Positions 34,993 to 49,643 of a stretch of DNA of 64,000 bases are shown piece by piece (the stretch's first letter is position 1; the number at the start of each line of letters is the position of its first letter). The notes beneath the pieces are model-generated. The model was given only the letters and a program-made list of their open reading frames with translations. It ran no database searches and had not been told where the DNA came from. Made by a program: the position numbers and the translations under genes. This DNA is from Octopus bimaculoides (Eukaryota): contig NC_068987.1 in assembly GCF_001194135.2 (NCBI RefSeq), positions 16,216,904-16,280,903 on the forward strand, given 5' to 3'.

Positions 34993-37378
34993 ATTTTTTA
35001 GATGCTTTGGGCTGTTTATTAAAGGTGACTAGTTCTTTTTTTTTTATGCATACAAAATACTATTATTAATTCTATTGATGGTTGTCAGTTATAATAGTAA
35101 TTTATGCTTCAAATATTATACCCTCTTGGAAAATATTTCTGTCTGTCTTCTATACATTGTCTGTTCTAGAGCCAGTGGTGTTTGGTATACTTTCATCATC
35201 ATTTAATGTCTGTTTTCCGTGCTGGCATGGGTTGGATGGGTTGACAGGATCTGATGAGCTCCAATGCCAGTATTGTCTGAGACCATCCCTGGTCTTATAA
35301 TAAAAATTTCCTTTTTAAAAAAAAAATCAGCATTAAGACCTTCCATCAAAATATCATGTTAATTTATATTCCAAACATTAGCTTAATAACGGCAAAGTTA
35401 TTTTGCTAAATTCTTCATTATTTTTAAAATATATTTTGACAGAAATATGGCAATGAAAGTGTTAAATGGTATATTTCGTTTTCTTTCTTTGTCTTGGCAA
35501 CCTCACTAGTACTAGCAGGACAAAAAGTGCACCCAGTATAGACAGTATAGTGGGATTTGAGAGAATTTGGCTGCTGCTTCTAGCAAGTCAGGCACCCATG
35601 TAGAGGCTCCCTCTTTGACTCAATCAATGTTTATGTAGCTGAATTGTGTAAATGTTTTTTTTTTTTTAATAATTATTCCTTTAGATTTTTCACCCCATCT
35701 GGTAATAATTTTCTCTTGTCTTGCATAGTTTTCCCTGCTCTCCCCTTTGTTTTTGCCTTGATCATTCAAAATTTATGGACATCTGTTATGATTTTCAACA
35801 ATGTTTTAAATAGTGTTCCGATATCCATCTTTATTTCCACCATTTTTCCCTTTCATACCACCCTCATGTCTGTCATTTGCTGAAGACCTACCCCCCCTCC
35901 TTTGTTATTCATTATGTTTTTTGCTTTTTTGTATAACCACACCTCTTGCTGTTATTGTTGTCACTCCTTCCATCCATCCATCCATATGTAAGTTATTTCA
36001 GTTCTGTCCTTCCATCAGATTGCATTCATTTATATAACGTTTGTTGTTGTCGCAATGGGACAAAAATTTTTTCTTATCAGCTGACAGATGGCATACTTCG
36101 CATTTTTGTTCCTGAAGAAATAATTTTCCTCTGTTTCAAAAACTGTCTATTAATCAAAAAATATTTTCACTCACCACTACCGCCACCTTTGCCCCCCCCC
36201 CCCAACTATTCATTCTGTTTGATATTACAATTCAGAAGATTACCTCTGGTAGTATCTAATTGAGAAACGCTGATCTTGAGCTGTAATTACCAAGTGTTTA
36301 TTGTCTCTTTTTCATCTTTGGTCCTTTGAGCCACTTAAGGCCCTGTTGTTTATCTCAATCTGGTTTTTAATTTTGCTTTTATGGGAATTGCCTTGGAAAT
36401 TGGTTCAGTTTCTATGTTGTGTTTTATTTTTTTTTGTTCTTGATTCTCTATGTTTTCATATCTGTTTTTCAATTCCTGAACTGCTTTTCTGGTATTTGTC
36501 CTTCTGCAGTGCATGCATGTTTAATGCTGAATATGTTTGTAGTTTTAGAAGAATTTGTGAGTGGAGAACCAGTTTCTGCAAAATGTTCCCATGCTTCTTT
36601 TCTACTTTCAGTGGTAGAACCTTTTGTTTTTGTTGTGTTTTGTAACTTCTTGTAGGAGAGCAACCTGTTGGGTGGTTCATTGTGTTCTTGGGCAAGACAC
36701 TCCATTTCACATTACTCTATTCCACTCGGGGTTGTTGTAATCAACTTACCCTCCTCTCTCAAATTTGCTGGCCTTGTACCAAAATTTGAAATCATTATTT
36801 TTATTGAGTGGGAGAAGAGCACATGCCATCAAAGTGATGCTGGGGTACATACATATGAAGCCCAATATACTCATCATGACTACCTGTCTGATAAGGGTAG
36901 TCCAGGCACATGCATCACAACCAAATGTACATGACATGGTGATCTCATATCAAGATAAACAGCACATGACCTTGCAGATGGGGCCCTGTTAGAATTTTCT
37001 TCAGGTTGAGTAGCCCATCTTGCTCAAAATGTCTCGGAATAAGGGTTGTTTAAGGGTTATGAATGAAACACCCATGTTTCCAGAGGTGAATTATTATTCA
37101 AACCCAAAGGAATTCCTCTCATCATATGGCTATGATGCTCCCCCACTACTTCTGCATGTCATCAGAGATGCACATATTGTCAGCCACCAAGGGACATGCT
37201 TAACTGGTTAAGGTCAAGCAACTGACAAGCAGATCTGTAGTAATGAGCAGAACGTTTGCTTTAGCCCATCTTTTACTCCAAGACGAAACATGTACATAAC
37301 ACTTCTAATCAGTTAAGATCAAAAACCATGAGAGCCAGTGCCTGGAACTGCATCGGGGCAAAGTACTGCACCATTACA

Positions 37379-37409
<31 letters not shown>

Positions 37410-38189
37410 GTTTTATTTTTACTAAAATTTTTTGAGGTGAAACAATGCATCTGTTTCATAAATATATATTTACATGTATGTTATCTAAATATCTCGTATA
37501 GAAACACATTTTACTTATCTTTTTTTGACTTTTTACTATATTTTTGGAGAGGCTTTTAATTATAACCACAAGGTAGACATTATCTCTACTCCCCCTCTCT
37601 CTCCTTTCCCTCAACCCCACACATACATATAATTCTATCAAAGCATATTTTCTAGGTATGCGAGGTGAGTGCCACACACCCTCAGAATACGGTAAATTTT
37701 CTTTATAATAATTCCATTCTTGTAGTGCCGTGATATAATCTGGTCATAATTTCTTAGCAAGTCTAATAATACACTCTGTGAAACACAGATTAAACCAGGT
37801 TGAAGCCATCTTATGTATGGAAATAGCTTTAAAGATTGTATGTTTATACTTATTTCCTTAATAGTAGGTTAACAGGGAAGCAAACACCATGACAACAACC
37901 ACCATCCTTCACTGATTTTCATAAGCTGAATATATTTTCCATTTGAGGAAACTATATATATATATATATATATAATAACGAGAGGTGTGGCTGTGTGTGG
38001 AAAGATGTAAGAAGTTTACTTCCTAACCACATGGTACTGGTTTCAATCCCACTGTGTGACCCTTTGGGCAAGCATATTCTGCTATACCACTGGGTTGATT
38101 GCAGACTTGTGAGTGGATTTGGCAGTCAAAGACTGAAAGAAGCCTGTCATATATATATTTTTATTTTTTATTATGCACCCTTTTAAAGC

Positions 38190-38475
38190 CTAGCCAGGCT
38201 CATGGGCCTGGTTTCTTGGTTTCTAAGGCGTATGTGTTCCCCCCAGCTGGACAGGACGCCAGTCCATCGTAGCGTTACTCAAGAAACAGGCAGAAAGAGT
38301 GAGAGAAAGTTGGGGCAAAAGAGTACAACAGGGGTTGCCACCACCCCCTGCCGGAGCCTTGTGGAGCTTTAGGTGTTTTTGCTCAATAAACACACAACGC
38401 CCAGTCTGGGAATCGAAACCACGATCCTCAGACCGTGAGTCTGCTGCCCTAACCACTGGGCCATGGCGCCTCCAT
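38190..38475 (-). mobile_element. SINE with a family C head and a different 3' tail
   Basis: 38290-38475 matches 14520-14702; 38190-38285 does not match the family C tail. Confidence 0.75.
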
Positions 38476-39879
38476 GTCATATATATATAACAAAAATTTA
38501 ACAAAAACTCAACAAATGGAAAGTTTTACAAAAACATAGCAAAAAGAAAATTTGTAGCTAATTCCTCAATGGTCAACGTCCAAAAGATAATTACAATTTC
38601 GCACCTTTAATGTTGATATTGTTTATTTTGGGTGGTACCAGTAGTGAAAAGCTACTGGGAAATAGCTAACAAATGTACAGGACAATGACGAAGACGTGTG
38701 TTTGTGTGTGTCCTTGACATGATGTGATGGTTCTAAATGATCATCACCATCATATAATGTCATTTGTTCTCAGTCTAGCCTTGGGGTACTATTACCTTAC
38801 TTGGAAATGAGTGAATTTTGGTGATAGGAAGGGTATCCAGCTGTATAAAATCTGCTTCATTGAAATCTGTTTGACTTATGCAAGTACAGAAAAGTTGATG
38901 TTACAATGACGTTGAAAGGCAATATATGTCAAGCAGAAATTTGGTTTATAAAAGGATTAAAGGAATTTGGTTGTCATTTCTTGCAAATTGAGCATTGACT
39001 CATGCTGAAATGATTTTACCCAAATAGAGGCATCAACTGAATTTCATAGTAAAACTATTTCATATTTTCATGTATAGATTTTATAGTACATCTGTTTTAA
39101 GTTGTTTTCTATTATAGTCATTTTTCACATTATTTCTGTCTCTTATGACACTATTCTTACTTCATATCTTCAGAGCAGAGTTTCCATGCACTTTTATTTT
39201 GTGTATTTTTAATATTGGTAGTATTATTTCACAATTTTCTTGTCACATTTTAGCCTTCCTATTTTAAAATATGTTCAACATAAGTGTGATATGAAACAAT
39301 TTTCTTTGTTTTTAATTTCTTCTTTTCCATTGCTGTAATATGATATTTCAATGCATAGCTTCATCTGAAATATATTTTCAGATATATAACAGATCTTTCT
39401 TTAAAGATTTAATTTACATATATAAATAATCAGCAGTCTGGCAAAAGAGTCTGATAGAATAAGTACCAGGGGTAAAAAAAAAAAAAAATAAATAAAGCAA
39501 GGTGGATTTGTTCAGTTAAACCCTTCAAGGCAGTGCTCCAGTATGGCCACAGTCCAATGACTTGAACGAGTAAAAGAAATATGTAACTGTGAACTCTAGT
39601 ACCAGCAGATTCATGTTCCCAGCCATGACCAGCCCATTTATTTTCAGATACATATCCAAGACTGCATTATGATGTGTCCTTTTAATTTTTAAAATGGTAA
39701 AATGTAGTTTGAGGTGATCTTAGCTATTTCTTGTAAGTAACATTGGTCATGTGGAGACACCCCCGACCTCTTGTTAGTACATAATAATGAGGTTGTTTAA
39801 CCCTAAGTCAACCCTGATTGAGCAGATCTGTGATTCAGGGCATTACAGTCAGGATAAAATATTGGTTTCATATTTTGGC

Positions 39880-40075
39880 ACAAGGCCAGCAATTTTGGGG
39901 GAGCGGGTAAGTCAGTTAGATCAACCCCTATGATCAACTGGTACTTATTTTATTGCCCCTGAAAAGATGAAAGACCAAGTCGACCTTGGTGGAATTTGAA
40001 CTCAGAACTTAAATACAGATGAAATGCTGGTAAGCATTTTGCTGGCATGTTGACAATTCTGCCAGTTCTCTACCC
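39880..40075 (-). mobile_element. SINE family B copy
   Basis: Contains GGAATTTGAACTCAGAAC and CTGGTACTTATTTTAT, the reverse complement of family B motifs. Confidence 0.75.
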
Positions 40076-40988
40076 ACCAGGATCAAATATTAGCTTAAGT
40101 TTCCTGCCTTTGTTTTGAGACAGTAAAGTGTGATTGAAGGAAGACTTGGCTACTATTTCATGCAAGTCAAATGATCATGTAGGGGCTCTGACATCAATTT
40201 GTACTGATAGTGTTGATGCTGGGAAACCCTTGGGGTAATAGCTATGATGATGATAACAACAGTGGTGATGTTGATGATAGAATGATAAAGATGATGATAG
40301 AGGTGACAGTGGTGAAGATTTGAGTGTGGTGATGGTGGTGTCAGTAGTGATGACGGTTGTGACAATTGATGATGACGGCGGTGGTGACAGTGACAGTTGC
40401 ACCGTCAATTTCCAATACTCTTATTTCATTTTTTTTCTTATGTTTCCTTTTTATTCCAAACAACACTCTGATGTCCAACAATGCAAAATTGACAGCAACA
40501 ATTATAAAATACCACCACCACCACAACAACAACAACAGCTGTATCAACAATTAGGTCAACACTAACAAAAACAACATCACCACCATGAACTACAATAGAA
40601 AATTTCCCAGACTTAATAAACCATTGTCTACTGTTCATATATTAACAGACGCTGTGCTATTTTCTCAAGTCTGATCCATTGATGAGGTCTTGGGAATTTG
40701 GATTTTTGTTTCTGAATCAAATTTTTTTTTCTTTAATGCCAAAGCTATTCATTCCTTCATCTTCATTATCCAGCTCTTATACTTGTGCTGTTTCCCCTCC
40801 TCCACCTGTTGTGGCTGAGTACCCCTCACACAATCACTGCCCTTACCACCCTACCTTGTTTATCTGGAATGTTAGGTTCGTAGCCTCTGGTGGGTGTGAT
40901 GGTTGAATTTCTTACTGAAAACCGGTCTGAAAGGTTTTATGACTAGACTGACATACAATTGGATATAAATACTGGTGTATATATATAC

Positions 40989-41057
<69 letters not shown>

Positions 41058-41174
41058 TGCACACACACACACACACACACACATGTATGTAGACTCAGAC
41101 ATACATATATACATTCATACATATACACATACGTATATAGATTCACATACATAGGCTGAGAAACGCACATACTT

Positions 41175-41206
<32 letters not shown>

Positions 41207-42095
41207 ACAAACACACACGCAGATACTGATAAAAAAAATACATGCATACATAACCATATATACATATATAGACAAATAGTAATAAGCACACCTGCACATA
41301 CACACATTTACACACACACACACACACACATATATAGACAAACATCCACGCACTGACATGAGTGAATACTGATGTACGCACCCCTGTAGGCGAATGCTGA
41401 CAAACACCTTAAACAGCTCGCCTATGAATACAGGTAAACATATACAAATGACCATCACAAGCAGTAGATGTGCACATGCACGCACATACCTTGACATATT
41501 TTCATGCACACACACATACACACACACACACACACCTCTCCATGTGCACAAATGCATACACAGATGCTTGTGGGCACAAAAGCACACGCATGAAGGTAAA
41601 TATTTTTACACACCCACACACGCAAAATAGGTGCACACTACACCTGAGAGAACCCGCCTACATCCACCTTCCCTTCCTGCTGAAATAAATAAACATATGT
41701 AATAATAGGTGAGGAGTGGATTTTATGATATAGNNNNNNNNNNNNNNNNNNNNNNNNNNNNNNNNNNNNNNNNNNNNNNNNNNNNNNNNNNNNNNNNNNN
41801 NNNNNNNNNNNNNNNNNNNNNNNNNNNNNNNNNNNNNNNNNNNNNNNNNNNNNNNNNNNNNNNNNNNNNNNNNNNNNNNNNNNNNNNNNNNNNNNNNNNN
41901 NNNNNNNNNNNNNNNNNNNNNNNNNNNNNNNNNNNNNNNNNNNNNNNNNNNNNNNNNNNNNNNNNNNNNNNNNNNNNNNNNNNNNNNNNNNNNNNNNNNN
42001 NNNNNNNNNNNNNNNNNNNNNNNNNNNNNNNNNNNNNNNNNNNNNNNNNNNNNNNNNNNNNNNNNNNNNNNNNNNNNNNNNNNNNNNNNNNNNNN

Positions 42096-42150
<55 letters not shown>

Positions 42151-42289
42151 CTGTGTATATGTCTCTATGTATATTTGCAGGAATGTTTCGGGTGTGTGTG
42201 TATGTATGTGAGTGACAAAATGAATTGGATAAGAAATGTTTTTTAAAGAGAATCTAAGTAAAAGAAAAACAAAAAAAAAATCCAAAAAA

Positions 42290-43085
42290 TCTCTCCCCCT
42301 CCATCACCTCTACCACCTGTACATACCACCACATCTACCTGCCTCCATCACCATCACTACAATCACTACATACTAAGCACCACCACACCATTAAATCTGC
42401 CACCACCTTCATCTCTACATCTGTCACCATCTCTACTACGATCTTGACCACCACCATCACCATTAAATCCACCACCACCACCACCACTTCATCTATCACC
42501 ATCTCTACTACCATCTTGACCTCTGCCATGACCACAACACCATTACGTCTGCTATCACCATCACCACCATCTGTCACCCTCTCTACTTCCATTTTGACCA
42601 TCTCAGCTGTCTTGACCAGCATAACACCACCACCACCACAACCACCACCACACACCACTTCTACAATCATCTTGACCACAACACCACCATCTTGACCACA
42701 ACACCACCATAATCTCTGAGCACATCTACCTACAAGACATCACAATCATTATCACTACAGCCAGAACCAGTAAACCTCTACCTCACCACCACCACCACCA
42801 CCACCACCACCACCACTAGAGATACCACTGATACTTTCATCACCATTACCACCACAACTACAACCAATACACATTTGCTCACTACCACCATGATGAGCAC
42901 CAGTGCACCTCTCCCATCACTGCCATCATCAGTATCACTACCATACCACTATAGCTACCACCACCACTACTACTACTACTACCTCTGGCTCACCATCTTG
43001 TCACTGCAACCACCAATACTACCAACATCACTACTACCATAGCTACCACTCTCATTACTACTACCTGTACACTTCCACCGTCGCT
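42290..43085. repeat. (ACC/ATC/ACT)-rich low-complexity tract
   Basis: CACCAC/CATCAC/TACTAC-dominated sequence; its Thr/His-rich ORFs are compositional. Confidence 0.8.
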
Positions 43086-43689
43086 GCCATCCCGTCTACC
43101 AGCAGTAAAGAGGAGCCAGTAAGGGAACCTTTATATTGTTGGGCAGTTTGCTAGAAATAGCAGCCATACTTTACTACCTTAGAAAATGGATATGCTGTTT
43201 AATGTTTTGAGGCGTGCACAATAAAAGTGCACATTAAAAAATGAAAAGAAAAAAAAAGACAGGATGATCATGGTCGGAATGTCTTTGATCATCGGTCTGC
43301 TTAATGAAGGCAGATCTGAGGCCAAATGTCAACCACCACCACCATCACATCTTTGACACTTGTGTTGGTTCACTCCTAATCAGGTTACTGTTTGTCTTTG
43401 CTTATTTCTTTCCCAGTGTGTAGCTTTGTCTTTCATTCATTTCTGATGTACCTGGCATCCTAGTACAGTGGATGGACCGTCAAAAGGTGACTTGCTGTGT
43501 AATATGATTCTTTCAATCATATTTATTCTTTAGATACGAATCTTTCATTTTTGTAATTGAGTAATTCTTTTGACCTCTTCCCCCACACAAACACTGCCCT
43601 AACCTCCATGATTCCAAACTGTTGAATTTGTCTGTTTAGGCCAATGACATGATATTACTTGATCTGCTGAAATTATTAACCAAATTTCT

Positions 43690-44263
43690 TATAAATCACA
43701 AGAGTTGTGGCTGTGTAGTAAGAAGCTTGCTTCCCAACCACATGGCTCCAGGTTCAGTCCCGCTGTGTGGCACCTTGGGCAAGTGTCTTCTATAGCTTCG
43801 GGCTGACCAAAGCCTTGAGAGTGGATTTGGTAGACGGAAACTGAAAGAAGCTTGTTTGTTTGTGTGTGTGTGTGTGTGTATGGAGATATATACATGTATA
43901 TATTCTTTTACTTGTTTCAGTCATTTGACTGGAGCACCACCTTTTAGTCGAGCATATCGACCCCAGGACTTATTCTTTGTAAGCCTAGTACTTATTCTAT
44001 TGGTAACTTTTTGCCGAACTGCTGAGTTACAGGGATGTACACACACCAGCATCGCATGCCAAGCAATGTTGGGTGGGGGGGGGACAAACACACACACACA
44101 CACACATATGCATATATATATGATAGGCTTCTTTCAGTTTCCGTCTACCAAATCCACTCACAAGGCTTTGGTTGGCCTGAGGTTATAGTAGAAAACACTT
44201 GCTCCAGGTGCCACGCAGTGGGACTGAACCCGGAACCATGTCGTTGGTAAGCAAGCTACTTAC

Positions 44264-44295
<32 letters not shown>

Positions 44296-44500
44296 TATGT
44301 ATCTGTTTGTCCCCACTGCCATTGCTTGATAACCAATGCTGGTGTGTTTATGTCCCGGTGACTTAGTGGGTTGTCATAAGAAACCAATAGAATAAGTACT
44401 AGGCTTGCAAAGAATAAGTCCTGGGGTCTATTTCTTCAACTAAAACCCTTGAAGGTGGTGCTCCAGCATGGCTGCAGTCAAATGACTGAAATAAGCAAAA
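43690..44500. mobile_element. Cluster of SINE family A pieces
   Basis: 5' half (-) at about 43700-43855, near-full copy (-) at about 43905-44260 and 3' half (+) at about 44310-44500, all matching 33941-34358. Confidence 0.85.
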
Positions 44501-45858
44501 GAATGGAAGAAGACACGTACATGGAGTTCATTTTTAATCTATTGCGTAGAAAGAAAGGGTGTTGCAGGCTGGATCACTGGTGGTCATAGATTTGCTTAAT
44601 ACAGGAGTGAGTTGGGTTGAAATACAAGAGCAACAAAAACAACAACAAATATTTAATTTCTTTTTATCATTAGGTGGTGGCTGAAAGGAAATTGTAAAGA
44701 TTACTTCATACATAAATATATATNNNNNNNNNNNNNNNNNNNNNNNNNNNNNNNNNNNNNNNNNNNNNNNNNNNNNNNNNNNNNNNNNNNNNNNNNNNNN
44801 NNNNNNNNNNNNNNNNNNNNNNNNNNNNNNNNNNNNNNNNNNNNNNNNNNNNNNNNNNNNNNNNNNNNNNNNNNNNNNNNNNNNNNNNNNNNNNNNNNNN
44901 NNNNNNNNNNNNNNNNNNNNNNNNNNNNNNNNNNNNNNNNNNNNNNNNNNNNNNNNNNNNNNNNNNNNNNNNNNNNNNNNNNNNNNNNNNNNNNNNNNNN
45001 NNNNNNNNNNNNNNNNNNNNNNNNNNNNNNNNNNNNNNNNNNNNNNNNNNNNNNNNNNNNNNNNNNNNNNNNNNNNNNNNNNNNNNNNNNNNNNNNNNNN
45101 NNNNNNNNNNNNNNNNNNNNNNNNNNNNNNNNNNNNNNNNNNNNNNNNNNNNNNNNNNNNNNNNNNNNNNNNNNNNNNNNNNNNNNNNNNNNNNNNNNNN
45201 NNNNNNNNNNNNNNNNNNNNNNNNNNNNNNNNNNNNNNNNNNNNNNNNNNNNNNNNNNNNNNNNNNNNNNNNNNNNNNNNNNNNNNNNNNNNNNNNNNNN
45301 NNNNNNNNNNNNNNNNNNNNNNNNNNNNNNNNNNNNNNNNNNNNNNNNNNNNNNNNNNNNNNNNNNNNNNNNNNNNNNNNNNNNNNNNNNNNNNNNNNNN
45401 NNNNNNNNNNNNNNNNNNNNNNNNNNNNNNNNNNNNNNNNNNNNNNNNNNNNNNNNNNNNNNNNNNNNNNNNNNNNNNNNNNNNNNNNNNNNNNNNNNNN
45501 NNNNNNNNNNNNNNNNNNNNNNNNNNNNNNNNNNNNNNNNNNNNNNNNNNNNNNNNNNNNNNNNNTGCATCCTTATTTTTCCAACCATTATCTACATGAA
45601 CTACCATTGAACTTCAAAAGCTCAAAGACAATATAATGTATTGGTATATTTATTTTTTTATATATTATTTACTTCATTTTGTACTTCTTTGTAAAAAACA
45701 TTTTCATTCTCCCTCTTCTTGAAAATTTGCTATGCAATGAAAACCGGTTAGAAATCTTTATTAAAATATGCTTCCAGTTTAGCATTCTGCCTTATTCTTC
45801 ATTTTCCTATTATTTCTCCACGTGCGGTTAACACAACCCCACTATTTACTGATCTATA

Positions 45859-45899
<41 letters not shown>

Positions 45900-45978
45900 A
45901 CAGACATATATAGATATACACACGCACATCCACATGTGCACGCACACATTCACTACAGAATAGTTGCTGTAGTCCATC

Positions 45979-46011
<33 letters not shown>

Positions 46012-46420
46012 AGTGGTGAGCTAGTAGAATTGTTACTGTGCTCTAGGGTCAACGTAGTTGACATACCCCTCAAATTTCTGGCCTTGTGCCTATAGTAGGA
46101 AAGATTATTATTATCATTATGAAGGTGCAGGAGACTGCAAATCTTTAGCATATCTGGCAAAATACTCAGTAGCATTTCTTTACCTTTTGAGTTCAATTAC
46201 TGATGAGGTCAGTTTTGTCTTTCAATCTGTTTGGACCTATGAAATAAGCATCAGTTGAGCTCTGAGGTTAATGTAATCGACTGCCCCGCCCCCACTCCTA
46301 CTGAAATTACTGGCTTTGTGCCAAAATTTGAAACCTCTTTTTAACATAATCCCCTCCCCTAAAATTTTAAGTTTGTGCCTTTAGTAGAAAGGGTTATTAT
46401 TATTATTACTATTTAGAAGG
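46012..46420 (+). mobile_element. Cluster of SINE family B pieces separated by (ATT)n
   Basis: Family B heads follow (ATT)n at about 46012 and 46120; tails GCCTATAGTAGGAAAGATTATT and TTAGTAGAAAGGGTTATTATT. Confidence 0.75.
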
Positions 46421-46938
46421 ATTGAGCCATAGACTTGCAGAATCAATAGAGTGACCGACAAAATATTTTCTGCTTCCTTAGTTACAAATCTTTCAAATCC
46501 TGCTACGGTTGACTTTGTCTTTCAATCTTCTAAGGTTGTTAAAATAAAGTACCAACGAAATACTGGTGTCCATCTAACTGGTTGTTTCCCCCTGTTTTCT
46601 CCCCAACACGCTTGCTTCAAAATTTCCAGCCTTGTTCCAAAGTTAAGAATCGATATTTAAGAATTCCTGTTGCTTTGTTGGTTGCATTATAAGAATTTCT
46701 CTGTTGGTTTCTATAGCGATACTTTTCTCGAGGGTAATTTCTCAAACTGAACATCACTTTCTACAAATCCAATTACCCCCCNNNNNNNNNNNNNNNNNNN
46801 NNNNNNNNNNNNGCCTCATCCTACTCCTCATAAACCTACGTTCATTTAGTTGATGTTTTCATAAGCAATTGGGCATTTCTCTGTCGTTTCTCTCTTTTTC
46901 TTTTTCAGGTTTAATGCTTTTATCTATTACTCCATCCA

Positions 46939-46978
<40 letters not shown>

Positions 46979-48502
46979 CATGTATTTGTATATATTTCTA
47001 TATATATATATGTGTGTGTGTGTGTGTATGAGTATATTTGTGTATGTATGTACATATGTGTGAGTATATTTGTGTGTGTGTGTGTGTGTGTATATATATT
47101 TATATGTACATCTGTGTGTGTGTCAGTATATATGTGTGTGATATATATATATACACATATGTGTGTTGAGTATATTTGTGTATGTACGTGTGTTGAGTAT
47201 ATTTGTGTATGTACATGTGTTGTGTATACTTGTGTTTATGTATGTACATATATGTATGTTGAGTATATTTGTATGTATGTACATATATGTTGTGTATATT
47301 TGTGTATATGTATATATGTGTGTTGTGTATATTTGTGTATATGTATATATGTGTGTTGAGTATATTTGTGTATTTATGTACATATGTGTATGTGAGTATA
47401 TTTGTGTGTATGTATATACATGTGTACGTGTGAGTGNNNNNNNNNNNNNNNNNNNNNNNNNNNNNNNNNNNNNNNNNNNNNNNNNNNNNNNNNNNNNNNN
47501 NNNNNNNNNNNNNNNNNNNNNNNNNNNNNNNNNNNNNNNNNNNNNNNNNNNNNNNNNNNNNNNNNNNNNNNNNNNNNNNNNNNNNNNNNNNNNNNNNNNN
47601 NNNNNNNNNNNNNNNNNNNNNNNNNNNNNNNNNNNNNNNNNNNNNNNNNNNNNNNNNNNNNNNNNNNNNNNNNNNNNNNNNNNNNNNNNNNNNNNNNNNN
47701 NNNNNNNNNNNNNNNNNNNNNNNNNNNNNNNNNNNNNNNNNNNNNNNNNNNNNNNNNNNNNNNNNNNNNNNNNNNNNNNNNNNNNNNNNNNNNNNNNNNN
47801 NNNNNNNNNNNNNNNNNNNNNNNNNNNNNNNNNNNNNNNNNTCTCTCTCTCTTCTTCTCTCTCTCTCTTCTTCTCTCTCTCTCTTCTTCTCTCTCTCTCT
47901 TCTTCTCTCTCTCTCTCCATTATTTAACAGCATGTACCCTAAAACACCTGTCTTTGTCTCTGTTCCTTTTGTTTTTATTTCATTGCTCATAGGTGCATGT
48001 TTTGTGCAGAAAGACCTTAATATTTTCATCTACACCACCCACTACTCTTCTTTCTCTCTAACTGTCTTTACAAACCCCTTTTCCCTTTTCACCTTTTCCT
48101 GACCCTTTCTATAGTTCAACTCCACCTCCAACCCTTTTTATCTCTTTATTGGCATGCTATTAAAAAAAATTTAAAAAAAAAAAAAATCAAAGAATTAAAA
48201 AATTTGTCTGTCCCTTTTGCAATAACTAATTAATATAAAGATATTTGTTTAATTTTGAAATAGCTAATTAAAGAAAACAACACAAAATAATATAAACATA
48301 AAACAAGAAAACAAAAAACAACAACAACAAAAACCGAATATTTCTTATTTCAAGAATTTCTAGCATGGCTTATTTCAAATTTAGTTGTCTTGGCAATTTT
48401 GCTAAGAGATCTTGGCGGTAACAACAACAGCAGTAGCAGCAGCAGCATGTGAAGAAAGAATATACAGCTATATTATTAATTAATTGTTGCCTGCGTTTTC
48501 AG

Positions 48503-48520
48503 GATTCCTTCAGATGACAG
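48503..48520 (+). CDS. KANK: Candidate 18-nt KANK microexon (adds IPSDDR)
   Basis: Acceptor TTGCCTGCGTTTTCAG at 48502 and exon GATTCCTTCAGATGACAG. Phase 2-2 and open between 26890 and 50966, but the donor GTCCAT is weak. Confidence 0.3.
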
Positions 48521-48650
48521 GTCCATATTTTATTTTATATCGAGGAAGGGAAACAAAAGCAAAACAAAACATAATAAAAAAAAAAAGAAAATCATGAAAT
48601 CACAACCAAGAAGTAACTCTTGTTTCCTGATAAGAGAAACTGTTGAAATC

Positions 48651-48681
<31 letters not shown>

Positions 48682-48694
48682 TAGGATTTCAATA

Positions 48695-48733
<39 letters not shown>

Positions 48734-49643
48734 CAATAGTAACTACTTCTGCAAACGGTGAAGGTTTCATACATTAGCAAATTGAACTCCTCAGGTTTGT
48801 CGAGCTGGCAAAGGAGCTGCTAAAATACTTGCTCGACTTGTTAAAAATAGCAATGAATTCTCTCTCGAATTACATCCCCACTGTCTTGAAAAGGGATGGA
48901 TGCATTTAGATTGTTGTAGTTTTAGATGTGCTATGCCAAAGTAAAAGATGGAATGGTCATATCTGGAATGCTTGTGATCACAGGTCTGATCATTTGAAAC
49001 CTCCCACCCCACCTGATGGCTCTCAACAACTAGAATTACAGCTTCATTTGCTACAAATTAGTAGAAAAGCCTCTAGCTTGACTGACTGGAAATAACAGCC
49101 AAATTCTTTTGAAATCAGATGTTACCATCTAAAATAAAGATTTTCACTGGACATTGGCATTCCTTGATATACAAAAAGATGGGTATAATAACAGCTGGGA
49201 CACTTTTGATAATAGGCGTGCTTGATGAGGGATGTTTAGGGGGCGAAACAATAACAACGGGTTTGTTGTAGGGTAGTGTTTCTCACAGGAGAAGGCCACC
49301 TTCCCTTGTGGGGTAGATAGTGTGGATTTAAAATTGGAATGGACAAACTCCCTTGCTTCACCAAATTAAAATGGTTTTAAACTTAAATTTATCCAACACC
49401 AATGGGTACAGACATGGATGTGGTTAAGAAGTTTGATTCCTCCTGGGCATATCAATGTGCTGGGGTCTTCATTACAAAAATATGTTGCTTTGACCTGCAC
49501 ATCCATGTACAGATGCGCATGTATCAATGGAAATCCTTGAGCCTCTCTAGGACCCATAAAACTAGAACTTAACTTTGTTTCCTTGATGTATAACTGACTG
49601 CTGTTACAGCCTTCATTCCCATGAATGAGATGCCAGTCTGTTG

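Noticed and set aside
35640-36660. T-rich unique region with several acceptor-like sites in the long KANK intron
   Set aside because: The AGs I tested in phase 2 (36080 and the next CAG) hit stops without a meaningful peptide, and the ORFs are compositional.
46870-46945. Strong pyrimidine tract and CAG acceptor near 46908
   Set aside because: Runs straight into a (TG)n microsatellite with no donor or KANK-like sequence.
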